Made by a program: the position numbers and the translations under genes. A stretch of 64,000 nt of DNA from Candidatus Niyogibacteria bacterium (GTDB lineage Bacteria; Patescibacteriota; Minisyncoccia; HO2-45-28). The stretch's first letter is position 1, and every line of letters begins with the position of its first letter. The DNA lies in the NCBI GenBank assembly GCA_016432485.1, contig CP066691.1, positions 740,944 through 804,943 on the forward strand, in the 5' to 3' direction. The notes beneath the pieces are model-generated. The model did not search any database. It had not been told where the DNA came from and was given only the letters and a program-made list of their open reading frames with translations. Shown here one piece after another: positions 9,396 to 18,613 of the stretch.

Positions 9396-9881
9396 CTATT
9401 TTTTTAATTTTGTCCTAAATATTTTAACTTGCTCGAGGTCATGCTCAATTGGGCTGCGCGCCATTTCAATTTTTTCTCCCTCCATTTCATCTTCGGCGTT
9501 CTCTTCCAGGGCATCAAATTCCTTAAGGCTTTGTTCTAGCTCCTGCTGTCGTTGTGCAAGTAACTCATCGGCCTTAGTCGGATCAATATCAATGATAGAA
9601 ATTTCAGGGCTTGAATCGTAGTATTCCGCCATTGCATTATCATCGTAATCAAAATCAGCCGGGTCTATCTTCTCCGGTATTTTTGAACTGTCATAGAGTC
9701 CTTTTTTAATTTTTGGCGTTCCATCCGTATCAAATACTAGACTAGTAAGCAAACGCCTTCCTTCCGGAACTGTAGTATCTACTCCGAGTTGCTCCGATCG
9801 AAATTTTATTCCCCCATGAAATCTTCCCTCTTTTTGTTCTAACTTTGAACGAGAATCGGGGGCTTGCTCAGGATTTTCCAT
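9396..9881 (-). CDS. hypothetical acidic protein
   Basis: 161-aa ORF, D/E-rich C-terminal half; no family recognised. Confidence 0.45.
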   Translation of the reverse strand: MENPEQAPDSRSKLEQKEGRFHGGIKFRSEQLGVDTTVPEGRRLLTSLVFDTDGTPKIKKGLYDSSKIPEKIDPADFDYDDNAMAEYYDSSPEISIIDIDPTKADELLAQRQQELEQSLKEFDALEENAEDEMEGEKIEMARSPIEHDLEQVKIFRTKLKK

Positions 9882-10025
9882 ATATTTATATTAAGTTAAA
9901 GTATTATAAATGTAAATCTTTCTTGTATAGTTCGAATCCCTTCAGGGTTCTTACATTTTACCACTTTCCCATTTTGAAATGTTGCGTAAAATAAGGGAAT
10001 TTTTACTGCTATTTTCTAAAACTAC

Positions 10026-10115
10026 TGGCGGAGACGGGAGGATTCGAACCTCCGGTACCCTTTCGGATACTCCGGTTTTCAAGACCGGTGCCTTCAACCG
10101 CTCAGCCACGTCTCC
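10026..10115 (-). tRNA. tRNA-Ser(TGA), class II with long variable arm, CCA encoded
   Basis: GGAGACG acceptor, anticodon stem CCGGT/ACCGG loop CTTGAAA, T-loop TTCGAAT. Confidence 0.8.
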
Positions 10116-10119
10116 CTAT

Positions 10120-10419
10120 TTATTGCACAAGCAATTTTTGAAGTTCTGCGGGAAGGTTATTTTGGATGCCCTGCGTTTGGTTTAATGTTCCCAACAACCC
10201 TTGATATAAATTCAAAACGTTATTGAGATAGGGCTGTATCTGCCAGAAGCCAAGGATGGTCAGGGCAATTATAACGACCCATTTTGCCGTTTTCAAGGCC
10301 CTTTGCCAAAAAATCCTCCGTTCCATTTTTTTCACTATGCCGAGAACTTTTCGCGACAGCTCCAGGTTTTCCGTCAATAATTTTCGTTCGTCATCACCCA
10401 TTATTAGATTATAAAACAA
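10120..10419 (-). CDS. hypothetical small membrane protein
   Basis: 99-aa ORF with one TM; weak support. Confidence 0.3.
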   Translation of the reverse strand: MFYNLIMGDDERKLLTENLELSRKVLGIVKKMERRIFWQRALKTAKWVVIIALTILGFWQIQPYLNNVLNLYQGLLGTLNQTQGIQNNLPAELQKLLVQ

Positions 10420-10805
10420 AAGCCGGCCCCAAAAAAGAAGCCGGCTGGTTTCGCGCGTTTAGTTCAGTCGAAAGACTTTTTAACCGCTCTATATACTGTT
10501 ACCGATGCCGCAGAAACACATACCACAATCATAAATACTGAAAAAATAAAAATTACGTAAGTATTTTCCAAAAACCGTTTGAGATTCTTTTTGTTCATTT
10601 GACCTCCCTACCCCCTCTCTTGATTGGAAATGTGCTACTCGGCTAACAGTCTAGCACTATGTTTAATGAATTGTCAAACGAAAACAGAAACTCTTTCGAG
10701 TTTTTGTTTTCAAAAAATTAAGATGAAAAAATTTCTTTTGCTCTCATTGATAAATCTTTTTCCTTTTCGCCAAAAAAAGCCCTTTCAAATCGTGAAGTTT
10801 CTATT

Positions 10806-10868
10806 GGCGGAGGGGGTGGGATTCGAACCCACGCGAGGCTTTTTAGACCCCCACGGATTAGTCCCGCA
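10806..10868 (-). pseudogene. 3' fragment (~60 nt) of a class-II (Ser-like) tRNA, lacking acceptor 5' strand and D-arm
   Basis: contains partial anticodon loop, long variable arm, T-arm GTGGG/TTCGAAT/CCCAC, acceptor 3' CCCCTCC-G-CCA; no matching 5' half upstream. Confidence 0.6.
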
Positions 10869-10872
10869 AGAA

Positions 10873-10964
10873 TGGCGGTGGGTAGAGGATTCGAACCTCT
10901 GTGGCGCTTTTTACACGCCCGTGGATTAGCAATCCACTGCTTTAAGCCGCTCAGCCAACCCACC
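10873..10964 (-). tRNA. tRNA-Ser(GCT), class II, CCA encoded
   Basis: acceptor GGTGGGT/ACCCACC, anticodon stem GTGGA/TCCAC loop TTGCTAA, long variable arm, T-loop TTCGAAT. Confidence 0.75.
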
Positions 10965-11160
10965 GCCATTCCGACGGGATCCTCGAAAAATATATTCGCT
11001 TCACTCGTTATTTTTCGGGACAATCCGCTCCGTTAAACCGCTCCGGCACGCTTCCAAGTTCTTTTGAATCATACAAAAATTATCGTTTGGCGGCAACTTT
11101 TTCTTACCTCGCAACCAGGTAGTGAAAATCCGACTAATTGATTTTGCTCGCGCCGGATTT

Positions 11161-11379
11161 TTATTTGTTTCTAAAGTCGGATTCTTTTAGTCCCGACTGA
11201 AGTAAAATTGACCGAAAAGTCCCATACGGAATTTGCTTTTTGGCCATTTTCACGATGACAGTTTTTGCTGGTGAATCAAGTTTACGAAACTTAGCATGCG
11301 CGCCTTTCTGCGAAACGAAAAAGAAGCCCTTAACTTTAAGAACTCTAATAATAATTCTTAAATCTACCGGTTTAGGCAT
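11161..11379 (-). CDS. hicA: type II toxin HicA (YcfA-like mRNA interferase)
   Basis: VLKVKGFFFVSQKGAHAKFRK...IPYGTFRSILLQSGL matches HicA family. Confidence 0.75.
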   Translation of the reverse strand: MPKPVDLRIIIRVLKVKGFFFVSQKGAHAKFRKLDSPAKTVIVKMAKKQIPYGTFRSILLQSGLKESDFRNK

Positions 11380-11590
11380 GCTGGAGTTCCAGCGGAATTA
11401 TATCAGGTCGTTCCACACTAGATGCTTTGGAAAAAGGAATGTCTTCAAAATATAGTTCTAACGCTTCCCGCAAAGCTTCAAAAGCTTTTTTCCTGGTGTC
11501 GCCAAAGCTGGAAATTCCCGTATTTAGATTCCACGAAACATAATTTTTGCCTTCTTTCCAGATAACATTTTTTAAAATGATTTTACGCAT
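11372..11590 (-). CDS. hicB: antitoxin HicB (UPF0150-type N-terminal domain)
   Basis: overlaps hicA by 8 nt; NYVSWNLNTGISSFGDTRKKAFEALREALELY matches HicB N-domain. Confidence 0.7.
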   Translation of the reverse strand: MRKIILKNVIWKEGKNYVSWNLNTGISSFGDTRKKAFEALREALELYFEDIPFSKASSVERPDIIPLELQHA

Positions 11591-11657
11591 ACGATTATAT
11601 TCCCAATTATATAATAAAAGGAAAACAAGTCAAAGCCACAATGTATTCCGAAATTCA

Positions 11658-12341
11658 CTACCTGGCGACCGCCGCGCAGATTATTTTTTTAACTCCGGCT
11701 TTTTTTAAAACGCGGCCAGCTTCTGCCATTGTCGCGCCCGTAGTATAAATATCGTCCACTATGACGGCAAATTTCGGCGGAGAAAAGTTTTCTTTAAGCG
11801 CGAAAACCCCTTTAATATTTTCCAGGCGTTCGGCGCGGTTTTTAATTTCGGCCTGCGGTTTTGTTTCGCGGACTTTAATCAAAATAGGCGAGTGTTCAAG
11901 ATTTAAAATTCTTGCCAGATGGCAAGCCAAAAGTTCGGCCTGATTAAAACCGCGGGCTCTTTTTCTTCGCTCGGTCATTGGAATGGCGGCAATGATCGGC
12001 TTGAGATCGTATTTTAGATACGGTCTCAAGTCTTGAGCCATTATTTCAGCAAGCTCCTCGGCAATGTCGCTAGCCGATGAATATTTTAATTTACGCAAAG
12101 CCATTTTTATTGCCGGCTCGCGGTAAGAAAAAGAGGTCAAGGCGAAATCCATATTTTTCGGATAGAAAATGTCGGGATCGCGGATTTCCGTCAGGCATTT
12201 CAAACACAAGTACTTTCCTTTTGCGCCGCAGCTGAAACAGGAACGCGGGAATAGAATTTCTGCCAAAAAAGCCCAAATTTTATGGGGACTAAGGATGCGT
12301 TGCGCGCGTAATATTGATTTGTGGATAAACAATGGCATCAA
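11658..12341 (-). CDS. comFC: ComF-family protein (phosphoribosyltransferase-like competence protein)
   Basis: N-terminal CFSC...CLKC zinc finger, C-terminal PRTase motif VIVDDIYTTGATM. Confidence 0.8.
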   Translation of the reverse strand: MMPLFIHKSILRAQRILSPHKIWAFLAEILFPRSCFSCGAKGKYLCLKCLTEIRDPDIFYPKNMDFALTSFSYREPAIKMALRKLKYSSASDIAEELAEIMAQDLRPYLKYDLKPIIAAIPMTERRKRARGFNQAELLACHLARILNLEHSPILIKVRETKPQAEIKNRAERLENIKGVFALKENFSPPKFAVIVDDIYTTGATMAEAGRVLKKAGVKKIICAAVAR

Positions 12342-12421
12342 TAGCGATTATCCTATGATATAATAAAGTAGGCAAAGCCCAGCAGAATTGGGGGTCGGAA
12401 TAATTTTGCCATTGGATATGC

Positions 12422-13558
12422 ATGTCCGCGATTTCATTTTTCAAGAATCTGTCATTGCCGTCAGGCTTTTGGCCCTGGAAAAAGGAGGGCGAGAGCGTTT
12501 TGGGTATTGATTTCGGCTCTTCTTCAATTAAATTAGTTGAGCTCCATAGACACCAAGAGCGGGCAAAGCTGATGACTTACGGAGAATTGGCGCTGGGTCC
12601 TTACGGCGGAACAGAAGTCGGAAGAGTCAGCAAGCTGGTTGAAATCAAGGCAAAAGAATCTTTGGAAGACCTGATGCGTGAAGCGTCCGCAAAATCCAAA
12701 GAAGCCATTGTCGGAATACCGGTGCGCTCAAGTTTCGTCACCATAATTGAAATGCCGCTGATGAGTGAAAAAGAAGTGGGCGAGGCTATAAAATTTGAGG
12801 CAAGACGCTACATTCCCGTTCCGCTTTCGGAGGTGATTCTTGATTGGTGGGTAATTCCCGAAACATTTGCCGTAAATCACGAGGGAGGAGATGACGAAGG
12901 TTTGGTTAAGAAAAAAAAGGTAATGTCAGTTCTTTTGGTCGCGATTCATAATGAAGTCGTTGAAAAATACAGGTCTTTTATGGCCGCGGCCGGAATCAAA
13001 ATAGCCGGATTTGAAATAGAAATATTCAGTGCTTCGCGTTCGTTAATCGGTAATGACTTGGCCCCCATGCTTTTGATGGATTTCGGCGCTTCATCAGTGA
13101 AGATGACCATAGTTGATTATGGAATCGTGCGGATGGTTTACGCTTATGAGCGCGGCGCGCAAGCCATAACCGATGCTATTTCGGGAGCGCTGAGCGTGGA
13201 TTTCGCCCGAGCCGAAGAAATGAAGCGCGCTATCGGCATATCGTCAAAACCGGAGCATCTGGAGCTTAAAAGCGTTATTGAGCCGATTTTGGACGCGTGT
13301 CTCGCGGAAGCCAGCCGTCTAATGGTTGATTACCGGCTTAAATCCGGCAGATCAGCAAGCAGGGCAGTGCTTTACGGCGGAGGCGCGATGCTGAAAGGAC
13401 TAGCGGACAAAGTAGCCGAACGCTTTGGTCTGGAAGTTTCAATAGGCCAGCCGTTTGGCCGTCTGGAATATCCTCTTTTGGTGCAGCCGGCGGTAAAAGA
13501 TGTCGGGCCGGCGTTTGCCACAGCCATCGGACTCGGTCTAAGGGGGTTACAGCAATAA
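12422..13558 (+). CDS. pilM: type IV pilus assembly protein PilM (actin-like ATPase)
   Basis: LGIDFGSSSIKLVEL N-terminal actin-fold motif; first gene of pil operon. Confidence 0.8.
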   Translation: MSAISFFKNLSLPSGFWPWKKEGESVLGIDFGSSSIKLVELHRHQERAKLMTYGELALGPYGGTEVGRVSKLVEIKAKESLEDLMREASAKSKEAIVGIPVRSSFVTIIEMPLMSEKEVGEAIKFEARRYIPVPLSEVILDWWVIPETFAVNHEGGDDEGLVKKKKVMSVLLVAIHNEVVEKYRSFMAAAGIKIAGFEIEIFSASRSLIGNDLAPMLLMDFGASSVKMTIVDYGIVRMVYAYERGAQAITDAISGALSVDFARAEEMKRAIGISSKPEHLELKSVIEPILDACLAEASRLMVDYRLKSGRSASRAVLYGGGAMLKGLADKVAERFGLEVSIGQPFGRLEYPLLVQPAVKDVGPAFATAIGLGLRGLQQ

Positions 13559-13578
13559 TCAAGAAACAATAATCAAAC

Positions 13579-14136
13579 ATGGTTGATCAGACAACATTTA
13601 TTCCAAAAACCTCGGCGGTTAAATTGCCTTATCGGGCAAGAGGTTTGGGATGGCTTAGCGGTTTGTCTTTGATTTTTTTCATACTCTCATTACTTTTGTC
13701 TTTCGGCCTGTTTTTTTACCGAAGTTATCTTGAGGGTCAGATAAAAACCCTCGCGAATAATTTGCAAAAAGTTGAAAAAGAGTTTGAACCCGGGCTTATT
13801 ATTGAATTGCAAAAAACGGTCAAAACCATAAATTCAACCGGAGATTTGCTTAATAAGCACGTGGCTCTTTCGAGACTTTTTGATTTTTTGGAGGAGAATA
13901 CCATTTCAGACGCGCGTTTTTTTAATTTTTCTTATGATAAAAGCGGCGTGCAGATGTCCGGAACCGCGAGGTCTTACGCGGCGCTGGCTCAGCAATCCTT
14001 GGTTTTTGAGCAAAGCCGTCTGATTAAAAACGTTTCTTTTTCCAATTTTAATCTGGCCTCGGATGGTTTTGTTAATTTCAACGTTAAATTTACCGCCGAA
14101 CCCGAGCTTATTTTTTATCAAGCGTCAACAAATTAA
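13579..14136 (+). CDS. pilN: PilN-like bitopic inner-membrane protein
   Basis: single N-terminal TM, size and position after pilM. Confidence 0.55.
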   Translation: MVDQTTFIPKTSAVKLPYRARGLGWLSGLSLIFFILSLLLSFGLFFYRSYLEGQIKTLANNLQKVEKEFEPGLIIELQKTVKTINSTGDLLNKHVALSRLFDFLEENTISDARFFNFSYDKSGVQMSGTARSYAALAQQSLVFEQSRLIKNVSFSNFNLASDGFVNFNVKFTAEPELIFYQASTN

Positions 14137-14137
14137 G

Positions 14138-14641
14138 ATGCGTTTAGCCATTTCAATCATTTTATTGCTCGCGGCGCTCTCCCTGCTTTTTTTCTGGGGG
14201 AGAACTCTCTGGAACGATATACAGGTTCTTCGCGTTGAAAAAAGTTCTTACGAATCCGTAATTGCCCGCCTCAATACGCTGCGTAAAACCCGCGATAATC
14301 TTTTAGCAAGCTATAATGCCATTTCGGCTCAAGAGCTGAAAAAAATTAAAAATTTCTTGCCGGAAAACGCGAATCACGGTTTGTTCGTGGTGCAGATGTC
14401 TAATATGGCCAATGAAAGCGGGCTTTTGTTGAAGAATATAAATATCGCGGCGCGCGAAGAGCGGTCGTCTGAAGTGCCGGTGTCAATTTCCGTTTCCGGA
14501 AGCTACCAAAATTTTATTGGCTTTTTAAATCGTCTTGAACGCAGTTTGCGGCTGATTGACGTTGCTAAATTGTCCTTTACTGCCGGCCGCGACGGTTTCT
14601 ATGATTTCAATTTAGAAGCTAAAACTTATACTCAAAAATAA
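14138..14641 (+). CDS. pilO: PilO-like bitopic membrane protein (start taken at ATG 14138, not upstream TTG)
   Basis: single TM + coiled coil, operon position. Confidence 0.5.
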   Translation: MRLAISIILLLAALSLLFFWGRTLWNDIQVLRVEKSSYESVIARLNTLRKTRDNLLASYNAISAQELKKIKNFLPENANHGLFVVQMSNMANESGLLLKNINIAAREERSSEVPVSISVSGSYQNFIGFLNRLERSLRLIDVAKLSFTAGRDGFYDFNLEAKTYTQK

Positions 14642-14940
14642 TGTCAGGCAATTTGCGTTCAACAATATTAATAATCCTGATTGTGGCTGCCATTTTGGGT
14701 TCGGCCGTGATTTGGTACAGGTTTTTTACTTCCCGGCCGGTGGAGCCCGTAACCGGCGTTTCATTCAACAATATGGCGGTCGGTTCGCAAAGTTTGCTTA
14801 CGCTTCTGGAGTCTTTGGAGGGCCTCAAATTTGACTTAGGGATTCTTGATAATCCGCTTTATAAAAGTTTGCAGGATTTTACGCCGAATATCCAAGCGCC
14901 CGAACTGCGCGGACGCGCCAATCCCTTTGCTCCGTTATAA
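14641..14940 (+). CDS. small membrane protein (possible PilP-like)
   Basis: 99-aa ORF with N-terminal TM, inside pil operon. Confidence 0.4.
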   Translation: MSGNLRSTILIILIVAAILGSAVIWYRFFTSRPVEPVTGVSFNNMAVGSQSLLTLLESLEGLKFDLGILDNPLYKSLQDFTPNIQAPELRGRANPFAPL

Positions 14941-14958
14941 AAATAACTTTAAATAGAT

Positions 14959-16671
14959 ATGGTTGATGTTTCTTTTATTGACCGCCTGGCAGAATACGGA
15001 GTTTTAAGCCAGAGCGATGCTAATCAGATAAAAACAGATGCCGCGTCCGGACGGGCTGACGCGGAGTCTTTGCTCGCGGCTAAAAACGTGCCGCCGAAAG
15101 AAATCCTAAGAGCCAAAAGCGAAACTTATGGCGTGCCGGCCTATGAGCTTGAGGGCAGAAAAGTCCCTTTTGATGTTTTGAAATACATTCCCGAAGAATC
15201 GGCCCAGCATTATAGATTCGCGCCGCTTGACGTTAAAGACGGAGTTTTGGAAGTGGGGGTTTTGGACCCGGCGAATATCGAAGCCAGGGAGGCGTTGAAA
15301 TTCATAACTTCAAAAACCAATGTGCCCTTTAAAATTTACGCGATATCTCTGAAAGATTTAAATGAGATTCTGGAAGAATATAAAAGTCTGGGTGGCGAGG
15401 TGACCAAAGTTCTTTCGGAATTTGAAATTGCTTTGCAGGAAGAAAAGCCGGAGGTTTCGGCTAAAGAAATGATGAAAGAGGGGGGGTTTGTGGAAGAGGC
15501 GCCGGTTACCAAAATGGTCGCGGTGATAATAAAACACGCTACTGAAGGCCGGGCGTCGGACATTCATATTGAACCGGCAAAGGATAAGATCCGCGTCAGG
15601 TTCAGGGTGGACGGCATTCTTTATACGAGTTTATTGCTGCCGCTCAATATGCGTGAGGCCATTGTTTCCAGATTGAAAATAATGACCAATATGAAGCTTG
15701 ATGAGAAGCGAAAACCTCAAGACGGGCGCTTTTCGGCTAAAGTTGAGGGGAGGGAAATAGATTTCAGAGTTTCAACCTTGCCCACGGCTTTCGGGGAAAA
15801 AGTCGCCATACGAATATTGGATCCCGAAAGCGCCACTCTTGATTTGACAAAACTTGGCCTTGAGGGCCGCAATTTCTCGGTAATTGAGCATGCCTTGAAG
15901 GAGCCTTACGGCCTGATTCTTCTTACGGGGCCGACCGGCTCCGGCAAGACAACCACTCTTTATGCCATGCTTAAGACCATCAATAACGAGAAATACAACA
16001 TAATAAGCCTTGAAGACCCGATTGAATATAATATCGCCGGCGTTAACCAATCTCAGGTGCGGCCGGAGATAGGATATGATTTTTCTTCCGGCCTTCGTTC
16101 TATTTTGCGCCAAGATCCTGATATAATATTGGTAGGAGAGATTCGGGACAAAGAAACAGCCGGCCTTGCTATACACGCGGCGCTTACGGGACATTTGGTT
16201 TTATCAACTCTGCACACTAACAATGCCGTAGGCGCGATACCAAGATTGGTAGATATGGGGATAGATAGGTATCTGATAGCGCCGACATTGGTTGCGGTAA
16301 TAGCTCAAAGATTGACCCAGACTTTGTGTCCGGATTCGCGCCGTCCCATGAAAATAGCCGGCAATCTGAAAGAAAAAATAGAGGATGAATTGAAAGACGT
16401 TCCGGAGCCGACCAAAAGCACCATAAAAATGCCGAAAGAGATTTATGAAGCCCAACCGTCGGCAATGTGCCCCAAGGGAACAAGGGGGCGAATAGGAGTT
16501 TTTGAAGTTTTGGCCGCGAGTAAAGAGCTGGAAAAAGTTATTTTGACCGAACCAAGCACTGAAAATCTGGAACGTGAAGCTCGGCGCCAGGGAATGATTA
16601 CCATGCGCGAAGACGGGGTGCTTAAAGTGCTGAAAGGCCAGATAGGCATTGAGCAGTTGGCGCAATTATAA
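14959..16671 (+). CDS. pilB: type IV pilus assembly ATPase PilB (GspE family)
   Basis: N-terminal GSPII_E-N domain, Walker A GPTGSGKTTT, Asp box, tetracysteine region. Confidence 0.9.
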   Translation: MVDVSFIDRLAEYGVLSQSDANQIKTDAASGRADAESLLAAKNVPPKEILRAKSETYGVPAYELEGRKVPFDVLKYIPEESAQHYRFAPLDVKDGVLEVGVLDPANIEAREALKFITSKTNVPFKIYAISLKDLNEILEEYKSLGGEVTKVLSEFEIALQEEKPEVSAKEMMKEGGFVEEAPVTKMVAVIIKHATEGRASDIHIEPAKDKIRVRFRVDGILYTSLLLPLNMREAIVSRLKIMTNMKLDEKRKPQDGRFSAKVEGREIDFRVSTLPTAFGEKVAIRILDPESATLDLTKLGLEGRNFSVIEHALKEPYGLILLTGPTGSGKTTTLYAMLKTINNEKYNIISLEDPIEYNIAGVNQSQVRPEIGYDFSSGLRSILRQDPDIILVGEIRDKETAGLAIHAALTGHLVLSTLHTNNAVGAIPRLVDMGIDRYLIAPTLVAVIAQRLTQTLCPDSRRPMKIAGNLKEKIEDELKDVPEPTKSTIKMPKEIYEAQPSAMCPKGTRGRIGVFEVLAASKELEKVILTEPSTENLEREARRQGMITMREDGVLKVLKGQIGIEQLAQL

Positions 16672-16689
16672 CGCGAAACAAATACACGA

Positions 16690-17139
16690 ATGCGCACAAA
16701 TGATACGAATAAAAAAATAATGGGGTTCACCTTAATCGAGCTCGTGGTGGTCGTGGCCATAGCATTTTTTATTTTATCTCTTGTCTTTGTTTTAATGCGT
16801 GACGCCAAAACTCGTTCCCGAGATGCCAGGCGCGAAGAGGATGTCAAGCAAATTCAAAATTCTTTAGGCGTCTACCAGATTAATCGCCGTCAGTTTCCGT
16901 CTTGTTCTCTCGGCGTAATTAACGGCGCAAGCGATTGTTTGTCGCAAGCTCTTTTTGACGAAGGCGCTGTCGGCGCGGTCGCGATTGATCCTTTGGGCGG
17001 AGGCAGCGGCACGTGTCTGGCCGGAGGCTCTTATGTATATTGTTACGAATCCGGGGGGCTGGATTACACCTTGCATTATAATTTAGAAACTGATTCCATA
17101 CCCGGCAAATCGGCTGGTTGGCAGCAGGTTAAACCTTAA
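16690..17139 (+). CDS. prepilin-type N-terminal cleavage/methylation domain protein (pilin/pseudopilin)
   Basis: leader MRTNDTNKKIMG followed by FTLIELVVVVAI. Confidence 0.8.
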   Translation: MRTNDTNKKIMGFTLIELVVVVAIAFFILSLVFVLMRDAKTRSRDARREEDVKQIQNSLGVYQINRRQFPSCSLGVINGASDCLSQALFDEGAVGAVAIDPLGGGSGTCLAGGSYVYCYESGGLDYTLHYNLETDSIPGKSAGWQQVKP

Positions 17140-17151
17140 ATTCTAAGCATT

Positions 17152-17541
17152 ATGACTGATGAAATAAAGAAAAAAATACTTATTGTAGATGATGATGAAT
17201 TTTTACTGGATATGTACGCGATTAAATTCCGCGAATCGGGCTTTGAAATTGAAGTGACTATTTCCGGCCCCAGCGCTTTGGATAAAATAAAAAACGGATT
17301 TAGTCCCGACATCATACTTTTGGATATAGTTATGCCCGGAATGGACGGCTTTGAATTTTTAAAACAGCTGAAAAAAGAGAATCTTGCTCCGAGTGCTGAG
17401 GTGGTTATTTTGACCAATCTCGGCCAAAAAGAGGACGTGCAAAAAGGGCTGGCTATGGGCGCTAAGGATTATGTGATTAAAGCCCATCACACGCCGTCGG
17501 AAATAGTGGCCAAGGTTAAAAGCATCCTTTCAAATTTATAG
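17152..17541 (+). CDS. single-domain response regulator (CheY-like receiver)
   Basis: ILIVDDDEF...DIILLDIVMPGMDG...K receiver signature. Confidence 0.8.
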   Translation: MTDEIKKKILIVDDDEFLLDMYAIKFRESGFEIEVTISGPSALDKIKNGFSPDIILLDIVMPGMDGFEFLKQLKKENLAPSAEVVILTNLGQKEDVQKGLAMGAKDYVIKAHHTPSEIVAKVKSILSNL

Positions 17542-17542
17542 T

Positions 17543-18613
17543 ATGACTGACGATTACAAAAAACGGTTTGAAGAACTCATAACACTGGCGGCTAAAGAAA
17601 AAGCGTCGGATTTGCATCTTTCGGTCGGCCGTCATCCGACTCTCAGAATTTCAGGAGAGCTTACGGCTTTGGTTAAGTATCCGGTACTGACCGCGGCCGA
17701 TACCGAGGGCATGATTTTTTCAATACTTACGTCGGAGGAAAAAAGCGAGTTTTTGAAACAAAAGACATTTGATTTTTCTTATGCCTACGAAGATAAGGCT
17801 CGTTTCAGAGTTAATATTTTTTTCCAGCGCGGATTTATTTCGGCCTCTTTCCGTCTGATTCCGGTTGAAGTTTTGGGACTTTCTGATTTGAATTTGCCTC
17901 CGATTCTCGCGGACTTCGCGCGTAAAGAACAGGGATTTTTTCTGGTTGTCGGCCCCACCGGACATGGGAAGTCCACGACCCTGGCCTCAATGATTGATAT
18001 TATAAATCGTGAAAGGGCCGAGCACATCATTACGGTTGAAGACCCGATAGAATATTTGTTCACCCAGGATAAATCAATAATAGACCAGCGCGAAATCGGG
18101 CGGGATGCTATGAATTTTGCTTCTGCTTTAAGGTCAATGTTCCGTGAAGATATCAATGTGGCCATGATTGGCGAGATGCGTGATCCGGAAACAATTTCTG
18201 CGGCCGTGACTGCCGCTGAAACCGGTCATCTGGTGCTTTCCTCGCTTCATACTAATAGCGCTTCGCAAACTATAGACCGCATTATAGACACATTCGCGCC
18301 CGGACAACAGAATCAGATACGCACGCAGTTGGCCGGTTCATTGCTGGGCATTTTTTCGCAAAGACTTGTTCCGCGGGTATCGGGCGGCCGCATTCCGGCT
18401 TACGAATTGCTGATTGCCAACACTCCGGTGCGAAATCTGATTCGCGAAAACAAAATACACGAAATAGATTTATACATAGAAACCAGTTCTGAAGCCGGAA
18501 TGATCTCTTTGAATCAATCGTTTATTGATTTGGTTCAAAAAGGCGAGGTGACTATGGAGACAGCCCGCGCTTATTCGTTAAACGCCCACGGTCTTGAAAA
18601 TTTAATGAGATGA
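17543..18613 (+). CDS. pilT: twitching motility ATPase PilT
   Basis: Walker A GPTGHGKSTT, PilT-type His/Asp boxes, 356 aa. Confidence 0.85.
   Translation: MTDDYKKRFEELITLAAKEKASDLHLSVGRHPTLRISGELTALVKYPVLTAADTEGMIFSILTSEEKSEFLKQKTFDFSYAYEDKARFRVNIFFQRGFISASFRLIPVEVLGLSDLNLPPILADFARKEQGFFLVVGPTGHGKSTTLASMIDIINRERAEHIITVEDPIEYLFTQDKSIIDQREIGRDAMNFASALRSMFREDINVAMIGEMRDPETISAAVTAAETGHLVLSSLHTNSASQTIDRIIDTFAPGQQNQIRTQLAGSLLGIFSQRLVPRVSGGRIPAYELLIANTPVRNLIRENKIHEIDLYIETSSEAGMISLNQSFIDLVQKGEVTMETARAYSLNAHGLENLMR

Noticed and set aside
10624-11023. Two 101-aa ORFs (10624-10929 + and 10718-11023 -)
   Set aside because: They lie entirely across the tRNA-Ser(GCT) gene and the tRNA fragment, so they are spurious.
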